This document shows positions 56,000-64,000 of a stretch of DNA of 64,000 nt, piece after piece. A program made the translations under genes and the position numbers. Positions within the stretch are counted from its first letter, which is position 1, and the number at the start of each line of letters is the position of its first letter. The stretch lies in sequence record OM728297.1, one strand, 5' to 3'. Below the pieces are notes generated by a model. It was not told where the DNA came from. It did no database searches and worked only from the letters and a program-made list of their open reading frames with translations.

Positions 56000-58579
56000 A
56001 TGTTTTTGCAAAGATTTTCATTTAAAACTGGTCTACCTCTATTTGCCCATAGATTTCGTTATACATTTAAGGCTTATTTAATTAATGGCTCATCAGTTTT
56101 TTTAAAAATTGATGAGTCTCCTAAAAAAATAGTTAAAAATAAAAATTTATCTATTCTTAAGTCAATTCATAATCTCTATTTAAATAAAAAAGAGGTTTTA
56201 TTAGATTTTTTTGTTAAGGAATTAGATAAAACAGCAAAGTCTACTAAAAAATTAACCGTACCTAATAAATTAATAGACAAAAAAATTGATAAATATACAG
56301 TAGAAATTCTTAATAAAAGGATTTATACTGTAGAAAAAAATAACTTAAATGTATATAAGACGAATTCTTTACTGGACTATATAGAGATGGATAAAAATAA
56401 ATTAAGAAAAACATCTCATAACATTAGTACCATTAATAGTATAAACATTAATGGTATTACATATGAGATATATATTCCAAATAATAATTTAACAGTTTCT
56501 TCTGATAAGAGAAAAATAATTTATAATACAATTAGTACTTTATTAGAGACTAAGTATAGATTCGTTAACACAGAGGGAAATTATTTTCAGATTAGCAATG
56601 AATCCATGAAGGAATTAAATCTTGAGAGTGATTTAATTGAATTATATAGAAATAACAAAAATCATATTAATGTATATAATACTATTAATACTCTTGTAAA
56701 GAATAACTATATATTAGACTTAGCAACTTTATCCATTAAATTAGGAGATGAAAATGTTAGATCTATTAATATAAATAATATTATATATGATATTTATAAA
56801 AATTCATTGCATCAGATCAAAAAAGATACTCAAAAAGTTCATCATTTAGATACAATTGTTATAAAGGATATTAATAAGAATTCTGATACTCTTGGATTAG
56901 TTAAGAGAGTTATTAGAAGTGGAAATAATATTAATACTGTTAACACTCTTAGTAAAGATGGAGATAAAAATATCTCTAAATTATTTAATGGGTGGAAGTT
57001 TATTAGAAAGGAACCTACTTGGGAAATAAGTAAACCTAGTAATAGTTTTAATATAAATAAAGATACAATTAAAGATATAACTGTAAATAATGAAAAAGTA
57101 TATTTTAAAAAGACAACTATGATGGATACATCTTTTAAGTTTCTAGTCTATTCATTGTTAGATATTTCAAAAGTGAATATTGATTATAATACTAAGATTT
57201 CTTTTTTACAGTCAATCTCAAGAAAGGATTTATCATTAGTTAGGAATGATTATTACTTACATCCAATTAATGAAAAAGATATTTTTAATTTCACTTTCAT
57301 TGATTATCTTGAAAAAATAAATAAACAAAATTTATTTATTGATGTAAATGATAATTTCTTAATAAATAATAGTTCCAAATCAGTTACAGCGACAAGTAAT
57401 AATCAATATTTATTTAAATCAGATCTTAAGAATATTATTAATGACTCAAATATATCCAAGTACTATAGTCCTAATACAGTAAGGGATATAAATAAAATTA
57501 ATAAAACTTTTGATTTGGGTAAGCATTATAAATTCATGAGTAATCCTATCCATAAAGATTTTAATTTAAATATAAAACAACCAGAGGGTTTATTTGAAAC
57601 ACTATCTAATTATTATTTGAATATTGATAATGGAGATAATTTTATTTTTATTCCTAATAGTGAGTTCCTGAGTAATTTTGAAAATAAAATTATTAGTGTA
57701 AATTATAATAATTATAATTTATTTAAAAGTGAATTACCAAATATTACAAATAATTATAATTACTCATTAGATAAGTTAAACTATATTAAGATAGATAAAA
57801 GAAAATTTATATCAGTTAAAGATATATTAAATCCCAATATTGATATAAATATTGTCAAAAAACAACTAAGACTAATCGAAGATAAAAGATTAGATAAGTT
57901 TAAATATGTTGATTCAGTGAATTTTCTTACATTAAATAAACGCTGGTGGTTTATAAAACCAACTAATCCAAAAACAAGAATAAATATTCCATCTATTGAC
58001 TATCCTTATGAAAATAAACCAGTAATGGATATAAAAGAGCATCCTATTCAAGCATTTAAAGATTTAGGCACTAATGATATTGATGTCAGTATTGAGATTT
58101 TACTTGAATTAGTCAATATTGTTATGCATTGGTGGCATCACTCGTATAATGAACTTTATAGAGGTCTAGGTGATGAGTCTATTATTGGTATTATGAATGT
58201 ATTAAATGAATGGTGGAATCTAGAATCTTCTCAAAATCAAGTTAATGACGATAAGACTAACAAAGAATATGAACGAGTTTTTAGATGGATTAGATGGGAA
58301 GCTGAAAAGGTATACTTTGATTTCAAGAAAGACTACCAAAACAATTTAATATATAACGGTAATTATTATATGGAGATATTTACCAAAAATCTTTTAGAAT
58401 ATATTGAATTTCACCACTATATGATTGTGCCTATTTATAAATCTTTAGATCGAATGGATATTATGAGGGCAATAATGGATGATGATCCACAGGGAGATAT
58501 TATGATTGAACTCCCTGATAAAAATAAAGGTGAAAGAGATTATATTATTGATTCTGAAGATAGTAATTATCTCTTGTAA
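56000..58579 (+). CDS. Large fibre-like protein with 17-aa repeats and Trp-rich C-terminal domain
   Basis: Asn/Ile/Lys-rich shaft; KRWWF..SIEILLELVNI..FRWIRWEAEKVYF. Confidence 0.7.
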   Translation: MFLQRFSFKTGLPLFAHRFRYTFKAYLINGSSVFLKIDESPKKIVKNKNLSILKSIHNLYLNKKEVLLDFFVKELDKTAKSTKKLTVPNKLIDKKIDKYTVEILNKRIYTVEKNNLNVYKTNSLLDYIEMDKNKLRKTSHNISTINSININGITYEIYIPNNNLTVSSDKRKIIYNTISTLLETKYRFVNTEGNYFQISNESMKELNLESDLIELYRNNKNHINVYNTINTLVKNNYILDLATLSIKLGDENVRSININNIIYDIYKNSLHQIKKDTQKVHHLDTIVIKDINKNSDTLGLVKRVIRSGNNINTVNTLSKDGDKNISKLFNGWKFIRKEPTWEISKPSNSFNINKDTIKDITVNNEKVYFKKTTMMDTSFKFLVYSLLDISKVNIDYNTKISFLQSISRKDLSLVRNDYYLHPINEKDIFNFTFIDYLEKINKQNLFIDVNDNFLINNSSKSVTATSNNQYLFKSDLKNIINDSNISKYYSPNTVRDINKINKTFDLGKHYKFMSNPIHKDFNLNIKQPEGLFETLSNYYLNIDNGDNFIFIPNSEFLSNFENKIISVNYNNYNLFKSELPNITNNYNYSLDKLNYIKIDKRKFISVKDILNPNIDINIVKKQLRLIEDKRLDKFKYVDSVNFLTLNKRWWFIKPTNPKTRINIPSIDYPYENKPVMDIKEHPIQAFKDLGTNDIDVSIEILLELVNIVMHWWHHSYNELYRGLGDESIIGIMNVLNEWWNLESSQNQVNDDKTNKEYERVFRWIRWEAEKVYFDFKKDYQNNLIYNGNYYMEIFTKNLLEYIEFHHYMIVPIYKSLDRMDIMRAIMDDDPQGDIMIELPDKNKGERDYIIDSEDSNYLL

Positions 58580-58596
58580 ATTAGGGAGGAAAAAAT

Positions 58597-58872
58597 ATGG
58601 CAACAACTACTGGTCCAACTTATAATTCTGTAGGAAGTACTAGTTCTTCTTTTAAACAACCAAGACAAAAAATGTGGGGAGTTTTTAGCCGTCCAAACTC
58701 ACAGGACGGAGCAAAATATTGGGAATTGACTTTGCTGACCAACAGTCTTCAAGAAGCTAAGGAAAAAGTTAATGATTGGTTAAAAAATCCACCAACTGGT
58801 CAATATGCTCAAGCTGGATTGAATAACATCATTCTTTGCGAAGTTGTTCCTGTTGATATGGAAGTAATTTAA
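58597..58872 (+). CDS. PRQKMWG-family protein 1
   Basis: FKQPRQKMWGVF..TNSLQEAKEKVNDWL..AGLNNII..EVVP. Confidence 0.8.
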   Translation: MATTTGPTYNSVGSTSSSFKQPRQKMWGVFSRPNSQDGAKYWELTLLTNSLQEAKEKVNDWLKNPPTGQYAQAGLNNIILCEVVPVDMEVI

Positions 58873-58893
58873 CTTTAATAGGAGGAATTTAGT

Positions 58894-59493
58894 ATGGGCA
58901 GATTTGATCCAGTTACTTATAAGTCACTGGCTAATGAAGATAATACATTTAATAGATTGCGTCAAAAGACATGGGGAGTCTTTATTGTTAGTGAATATAA
59001 AGAAACAGATGGAGAACCAGTTCCAGTTAATGCATCTTCAATGAAAGAAGAATATACATTATTTGGAATCGAAAGTTCGAATTTAGCAAAAAGAGATTAT
59101 TCTATTAAGGATTATGATCCAAATGCAATTATTCCAAAAACTGGTCCAGAAGGTGAAGAAATTAAAACAATTCTTAATGTTTCTATTCTTAAAGATGGAG
59201 CAACCAAACTAGGAACTAAAAGAATTCTTGATGGTTCAATTTTTAAAGATAATCAACCCTATTATGCTGATAGTGATCTATTGTATGATAATGTTAAAAT
59301 CTATTACTACTATTCAAAGGTAAAAGATTATTCATGGAATCTCGTATTACTAACAAAAAGTCTTCAAGAAGCTAAAGATAAGGTAAATGATTGGTTGCGT
59401 TTACCTGAGATTGGTAGTAATTATCCATTAGCTGGTATAAATAGTATAATGATTACAGAAATAGTACCTTCTGACAGTATAATTGAATTATAG
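58894..59493 (+). CDS. PRQKMWG-family protein 2 (with ~110-aa insertion)
   Basis: LRQKTWGVF..[insert]..TKSLQEAKDKVNDWL..AGINSIMITEIVP. Confidence 0.8.
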   Translation: MGRFDPVTYKSLANEDNTFNRLRQKTWGVFIVSEYKETDGEPVPVNASSMKEEYTLFGIESSNLAKRDYSIKDYDPNAIIPKTGPEGEEIKTILNVSILKDGATKLGTKRILDGSIFKDNQPYYADSDLLYDNVKIYYYYSKVKDYSWNLVLLTKSLQEAKDKVNDWLRLPEIGSNYPLAGINSIMITEIVPSDSIIEL

Positions 59494-59505
59494 GGAGGGA
59501 TATAG

Positions 59506-59775
59506 ATGGAATATTCTACAGTTGAATACAATGCTGTTTCAACAAGTAATAGTATTTTTAAACAACCTAGACAAAAAATGTGGGGAGTTTTTGTTGCAGT
59601 CAGTAAGACTGGTAACATTAATAAATGGAAACTAATTTATTTAAATAATGATTTTGATGGTGCAAAAGAAATCTTTAATGATTGGTTGCAAAATCCAAAA
59701 GATCCAAGTCTTGCAGGTATGGACAATATTATTATGACAGAAGTTCTTCCTGCTAATAGCTCTACGAGAAACTAA
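59506..59775 (+). CDS. PRQKMWG-family protein 3
   Basis: FKQPRQKMWGVF..AKEIFNDWL..AGMDNIIMTEVLP. Confidence 0.8.
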   Translation: MEYSTVEYNAVSTSNSIFKQPRQKMWGVFVAVSKTGNINKWKLIYLNNDFDGAKEIFNDWLQNPKDPSLAGMDNIIMTEVLPANSSTRN

Positions 59776-59813
59776 AAATGAATGTAATGGGGTATTTCCC
59801 ATTACATTCATTT
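59776..59813 (+). terminator. Intra-operon hairpin (partial terminator or mRNA stabiliser)
   Basis: 16-bp stem aaatgaatgtaatggg/cccattacattcattt, short U-tract. Confidence 0.55.
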
Positions 59814-59839
59814 AATTAAAGAAAGGAGTATTGTTATTT

Positions 59840-60850
59840 ATGAATCTTTTAAAGGTAAGAGATGGTAGATTGGAATTAGATAATTTCTATACTAACAGTG
59901 ACTTTGCTGATTTTTTAAATAAGGGTGGCACTCATAAGGATTTTGATGATAATTCTCTGTATATTGATACTAATGAAAGAATTGAAAGAACCCTAAATTA
60001 TAATAATTTTCTTATTGAAATTAAAAAAGAAAATTGGGAAGAATTAAATGATGATGAGAAATTTACATTTTATGTCGGTGATTCAGTAAATGAATATGGA
60101 ATAAGTGAAGACAAGGATGAACCCATTCAAAAACAATTTCAGAAGATCATTTATTCTGAGGGTTATGTTCAATGTTATGTATCAGATGATGGTAAATCAT
60201 GGCAGAATCTAGGAGGTGTCAGTACTTTAGGTGAAAATATTATTAAACAGGGGTTTCAAAAAATAAGTACAAAAAGCACAAAATTAATACATTATGCAGT
60301 CTATACTGATCCATTTTTAACTATTCAAAATTTTCCTGAAGGATACAGTGCTAAATTGTTTGATGAAACTAATACTTTAATTAAGGAAAGATTATTTGAT
60401 ATAAATAATGAAGCTAAAATATTTTTAGATTACAATATCAATGGTTATCTAGTAATATATGACTTAGAAGGTAATGAAGTAATAAGAACCGATCAAATGA
60501 ATTTTTCATATGGAAATACATTTGTAGCTTGTGATTATAAGTTAGAAATGATTTACAAAGATCAAGTACTTCCAAATGAAGAAGTGACTGAAATTGATAC
60601 TTACGGCTCTCCTCAATTAGTTACATTAAAGAATATTTCAGATAACCAGACATATAATAATTTAACTCTAACAACTGAAACTCTTAGTGATGATTTAATT
60701 GAATTAAGTCTAGATAATATTAATTTTAGTGAGTCAATTACTATTCCTGATATACTTCCAAATGAAGAAGTAGATATTTATATTAATATAAATCGAGGAA
60801 AGAAAACACCAACATTTTCATACAGAGAGTTTTTATTTAAAGTTATTTAA
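59840..60850 (+). CDS. Beta-rich late-module protein (lectin/adhesin-like)
   Basis: MNLLKVRDGRLELDNF..YVSDDGKSWQNLGG; AAAGGAG SD. Confidence 0.7.
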   Translation: MNLLKVRDGRLELDNFYTNSDFADFLNKGGTHKDFDDNSLYIDTNERIERTLNYNNFLIEIKKENWEELNDDEKFTFYVGDSVNEYGISEDKDEPIQKQFQKIIYSEGYVQCYVSDDGKSWQNLGGVSTLGENIIKQGFQKISTKSTKLIHYAVYTDPFLTIQNFPEGYSAKLFDETNTLIKERLFDINNEAKIFLDYNINGYLVIYDLEGNEVIRTDQMNFSYGNTFVACDYKLEMIYKDQVLPNEEVTEIDTYGSPQLVTLKNISDNQTYNNLTLTTETLSDDLIELSLDNINFSESITIPDILPNEEVDIYININRGKKTPTFSYREFLFKVI

Positions 60851-60856
60851 TAATAC

Positions 60857-60919
60857 GACTAATATGTTTTTAAAATATATATTATACTTTTGATATAATA
60901 TAATAAAAACATATTAGTC
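60857..60919 (+). promoter_or_regulatory. 15-bp inverted repeat enclosing an early promoter (60872-60895)
   Basis: gactaatatgttttt..33 nt containing TATATTAT..aaaaacatattagtc. Confidence 0.6.
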
Positions 60920-60945
60920 TTTTAGGAGGTATTTTTAAAAAAGTT

Positions 60946-61146
60946 ATGAAAAAAGATAACATTTTAAAGGAAAAGTTAAAAATTCGATGCCAGAGATGTG
61001 GAAATCTAGGAGCTAAAAGGAGGAGAACTAATACAAATTATATGGATGATGATAAAAACTTTGTTGTAGAATGTAATAATTGCTTTACATTAACTGAAGA
61101 GTATTGGGAAGAACAATGGGAGATTTATCAATCACTTAGAGGATAA
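60946..61146 (+). CDS. Small Zn-ribbon protein
   Basis: CQRC..CNNC. Confidence 0.7.
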   Translation: MKKDNILKEKLKIRCQRCGNLGAKRRRTNTNYMDDDKNFVVECNNCFTLTEEYWEEQWEIYQSLRG

Positions 61147-61152
61147 AAGGAG

Positions 61153-61785
61153 ATGTTTCATTTGGGAGCAAGAGCAATTAAAAAAGAAAAATATAATGAG
61201 AGTGTTAGACGATCATTTAGAAGTCATCTAAATAGTTTATTTGAAAGTGGATTTAAAAAAGATCCTGAAAATTTAGAATCACTTAAATTTGCGATTCATA
61301 TTGAGGATTTAATACTAAAGAGTAATTTTTATATTGATTATTATATTCCTAATAAGGGTTCTAATAAAGGTCAAATAATGAGAGCAGATGATATCTTAAA
61401 TAAAAAGAAAGGTATGACTCAAGATATTACCATTCTTGAAAAATATGGTCATCTTGTTTCAGATGATTTAAGTTTTAAAAGAATCAATAGATATAATTAT
61501 GGGAAAATTGCTTTTAATACTAATACATACGATATTGGTATTATTAGAGGTTATTATGATGATAATACTAAGACAAGAAAAAGATATAAAGTTGACTATT
61601 GTAGTGTTGGAGATAGTCTAACAATTAAGACAAGTGACTGGAACGAAGAATATTGTAAAGTTTATAATAGTAAAGATAAAATGATTCTTGGTGTTGAGGA
61701 TGAACTATCAATGCATCCAGAAATCAATAAAGTATTGGAACACTTAGATTTTAAAATGGGAATCTTAAAATATAGAGGAAAATAA
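61153..61785 (+). CDS. Hypothetical protein
   Basis: 210-aa ORF, AAGGAG upstream. Confidence 0.7.
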   Translation: MFHLGARAIKKEKYNESVRRSFRSHLNSLFESGFKKDPENLESLKFAIHIEDLILKSNFYIDYYIPNKGSNKGQIMRADDILNKKKGMTQDITILEKYGHLVSDDLSFKRINRYNYGKIAFNTNTYDIGIIRGYYDDNTKTRKRYKVDYCSVGDSLTIKTSDWNEEYCKVYNSKDKMILGVEDELSMHPEINKVLEHLDFKMGILKYRGK

Positions 61786-61805
61786 AAATTAGGAGATGAA
61801 CAACT

Positions 61806-62498
61806 ATGAAAAAACTTCTTATTCTAACAATTCTAGTTACATTATTAATTCCATTTAATACTATTGAAGCAAAATCTAAAATTAGTACTCCTTATGCAAC
61901 TGTTATGGATACAACACTAGTATTTGCTGATCCAAAGGGAAAATCTAGTCAAGGTACTGAATTTGTTTTATATGTAAAAAATAAAGGTAAATATGAAGAA
62001 TATGAATCAATTGAGACTTATAATGGGGAATCTTATAATTTTATTAATGTTAGAAGAAATGGTCAGTACGCTATTTCTATTAGAAAGAATGGTAAAGAGA
62101 GTAGTTTGAAAAAATTTAAGGTTACTAAATCTAAAGAAAAGGTAAAATTAAGTGGAGAAGTATTTGATACAAGAAGAGTTTATTCGCCTCTACATGTTAT
62201 TACTGATAGAAAGGGTAACTTTCATGTTGGATTCAATAAAAAGGTATCAAATAAAAATGTAAAAATTAAAATGTATACTCTTGAGAAAAATGGTAAAAGA
62301 AAATATAGAGGAACAAAAAGTATAAAGGGAAATAAACCACATAGAATTGATGCTAAATTTAATAAAACTAAAAAGTCAAGAAACTTTATTTTCACTTATA
62401 CTATCGGTAAGAAAGAAAGTGAGTACACATTCTTAACATACGATAAAGAAGGGAAGTACATCGATGAAGAATTTGTTTCTAAAAAAGGAAAGAGATAA
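61806..62498 (+). CDS. Basic exported protein with signal peptide
   Basis: MKKLLILTILVTLLIPFNTIEA, Lys-rich beta-strand-like body. Confidence 0.7.
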   Translation: MKKLLILTILVTLLIPFNTIEAKSKISTPYATVMDTTLVFADPKGKSSQGTEFVLYVKNKGKYEEYESIETYNGESYNFINVRRNGQYAISIRKNGKESSLKKFKVTKSKEKVKLSGEVFDTRRVYSPLHVITDRKGNFHVGFNKKVSNKNVKIKMYTLEKNGKRKYRGTKSIKGNKPHRIDAKFNKTKKSRNFIFTYTIGKKESEYTFLTYDKEGKYIDEEFVSKKGKR

Positions 62499-62708
62499 AT
62501 GAGTGCTAAAAATATTGTCAAATTTCTTAATAATATTATGATTATATTATCAGTGATTGGAGGGGTGTTAGCTATAGCACTCTTTATCGCTAACTTTATT
62601 AGTGAGGAAAGTTATTCATTTGTATCTACCCTCCTTATTGATTGGTTAGGTGTAATTTGCTTAGTTGCAGCATCTAATACAATCTTTTATTATATCATAT
62701 TGAGATAA
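62499..62708 (+). CDS. Small two-TM membrane protein
   Basis: Two hydrophobic helices. Confidence 0.7.
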   Translation: MSAKNIVKFLNNIMIILSVIGGVLAIALFIANFISEESYSFVSTLLIDWLGVICLVAASNTIFYYIILR

Positions 62709-62722
62709 TAAAGGAGAAGTGA

Positions 62723-63355
62723 TTGGTAATGGCAGACAAGTATCCAAGTTTTGAAGTATTAGCAGAGAATGAAAAAAGAGGTATTGATTATGATATCTTT
62801 GCTAGATTCAGCGCACTTAGAACCACAATTGTTTGCCCTCATGCTGGAGGAATTGAAGTTGGAACTAGTGAATTAGCTAGAAATACTGCTTTAACTGATT
62901 TCAATATTTATTTATTTGAAGGGTTAAAACCAACTAATAATAAGGATCTTCATATTACTAGTGCAAAATTTGATGAACCAACAGCATTAGAGATAATGAG
63001 TAAAAGTGAGTTTGCATTATCATATCACGGGTTTAAATCTGATGAAAAATATACGATTGTTGGTGGATCTAATGAAGAACTAAATAAAAATTTAGTTAAA
63101 AGGCTACAAAATGGAGGTTTTAATGCTGTTATAGCTACTGACCGTTTTGCAGGTGCTGATCCAAACAATATTGTTAATAGAACAACAACAGGAATTGGAG
63201 TTCAACTCGAACTAAGTACCACTCAGCGAAAAGCATTCTTCCTAAATAATGATTGGAGTAAAAATAATCGTATGAATTTCACTAATGAATTTAGACTTTA
63301 TGTGGCAATTGTAAGAGATTTTCTAAAATATAATGAAAATCAAAATGTTGCATAA
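62723..63355 (+). CDS. pghP: Poly-gamma-glutamate hydrolase (PghP family)
   Basis: PHAGGIEVGTSELA, FEGL..NNKDLHITSAKFDEP, SYHG, GADPNNIVNR, GVQLELS. Confidence 0.88.
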   Translation: MVMADKYPSFEVLAENEKRGIDYDIFARFSALRTTIVCPHAGGIEVGTSELARNTALTDFNIYLFEGLKPTNNKDLHITSAKFDEPTALEIMSKSEFALSYHGFKSDEKYTIVGGSNEELNKNLVKRLQNGGFNAVIATDRFAGADPNNIVNRTTTGIGVQLELSTTQRKAFFLNNDWSKNNRMNFTNEFRLYVAIVRDFLKYNENQNVA

Positions 63356-63357
63356 TT

Positions 63358-63400
63358 AAAATAAGACTATACCAATTATGGTATAGTCTTATTTTTTTTT
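63358..63400. terminator. Bidirectional terminator
   Basis: 17-bp stem aaaataagactatacca atta tggtatagtcttatttt. Confidence 0.8.
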
Positions 63401-64000
63401 AATAATGTACTTTAACCATATCATTTTTAATGATTAATGTTAAGTTATCTTTAGTAAAAGTGTAATTATTTTTCTTATCCAATTCTAACTTTTCCCACCA
63501 ACTACCAGTAAGAACTTTAGAGATCTTTTGTGTATTTAAGTCAATTGTTTGAGAAATAATAGATCTCTTAGTAACATCAAGAACATTATTTAGAGATTCT
63601 AATCTATCTTTATCAGTAATACTATCATTGTTCACAATTGCTTCACAGAATCTAATTGTATTTTTCATTGCTTCAGCAGGAGCATTTTTCTTTTTATCAT
63701 TTAAAACATCTTCAACTTTTGGAAGAGAAGACCATCCCTTTAAAGTAAATTCTAGTAAACGACTCATATAGAAATCATCAGGGTGAGATTCAGCAACTTC
63801 TCGTCCAATACCTTGATATTCTAGTCTAGAATTTAGACCATGTGCTTCTAATACTCGAATTTGATCAGCATTAAATTGTGCAAAATGTTCTGTCTTTTTC
63901 ATGTTATATGATTTATTTTTCAATTCATTGATATAATATTTAACCACTTTTTGTTTTGCTTTAAGAACATTAATGTCATGAACAATATTTAAAATATTCT
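63399..64000 (-). CDS. Hypothetical protein, 5'-truncated by window edge
   Basis: Frame stays open upstream of GTG 63947 to position 64000 (..NILNIVHDINVLKAKQKVVKYY..). Confidence 0.7.
   Translation of the reverse strand, partial: NILNIVHDINVLKAKQKVVKYYINELKNKSYNMKKTEHFAQFNADQIRVLEAHGLNSRLEYQGIGREVAESHPDDFYMSRLLEFTLKGWSSLPKVEDVLNDKKKNAPAEAMKNTIRFCEAIVNNDSITDKDRLESLNNVLDVTKRSIISQTIDLNTQKISKVLTGSWWEKLELDKKNNYTFTKDNLTLIIKNDMVKVHY

Noticed and set aside
539-59618. Short antisense or alternative-frame track ORFs (e.g. 539, 1127, 3447, 3917, 8567, 13457, 13769, 14807, 14988, 18647, 20917, 26363, 30592, 33732, 36988, 44167, 46271, 47060, 49174, 49746, 50796, 59421)
   Set aside because: Nested in well-supported genes, with no SD or motifs
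1-64000. tRNA/rRNA genes or stop-codon reassignment
   Set aside because: No cloverleaf or T-loop signatures in the short intergenic gaps; ORFs tile densely under the standard code and the two split genes are explained by introns

Overview
Very AT-rich (roughly one-quarter GC by eye), gene-dense 64-kb segment of a jumbo bacteriophage genome. It is most likely an AR9/PBS1-like Bacillus myophage; this is inferred from AACA-N6-TA late and TATATTAT early promoter motifs, a phage gyrase, a poly-gamma-glutamate hydrolase and SleB/YneA/Rok-like genes. Replication/recombination genes are an SbcD/Mre11-like nuclease, a DnaB-like helicase split in its Walker A motif by a group I intron with an HNH gene, a RecD/Dda-like helicase, gyrB, and gyrA split just before YHPHG by a group I intron with a LAGLIDADG gene. 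Two late/structural blocks lie at 7-12 kb (baseplate-like proteins carrying collagen, PA14 and lectin-like domains) and at 49.8-60.9 kb (an uncharacterised module with two internal paralog trios). The 23 kb between gyrB and gyrA holds three expanded families: tandem-HTH proteins, five 'HLIxW' paralogs, and a MoxR AAA+ ATPase / metallopeptidase-VWA pair followed by nine paralogs with variable N-termini and a conserved C-terminal module. That last locus is the best candidate for an undescribed system. Other notable items are an Apyc1-like MBL hydrolase, a probable ATT start codon, a hairpin-bridged Shine-Dalgarno site and quinolone-resistance-type residues in both gyrase subunits. No tRNA, rRNA or CRISPR array was seen. 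All family assignments come from motif recognition; no database search was run.
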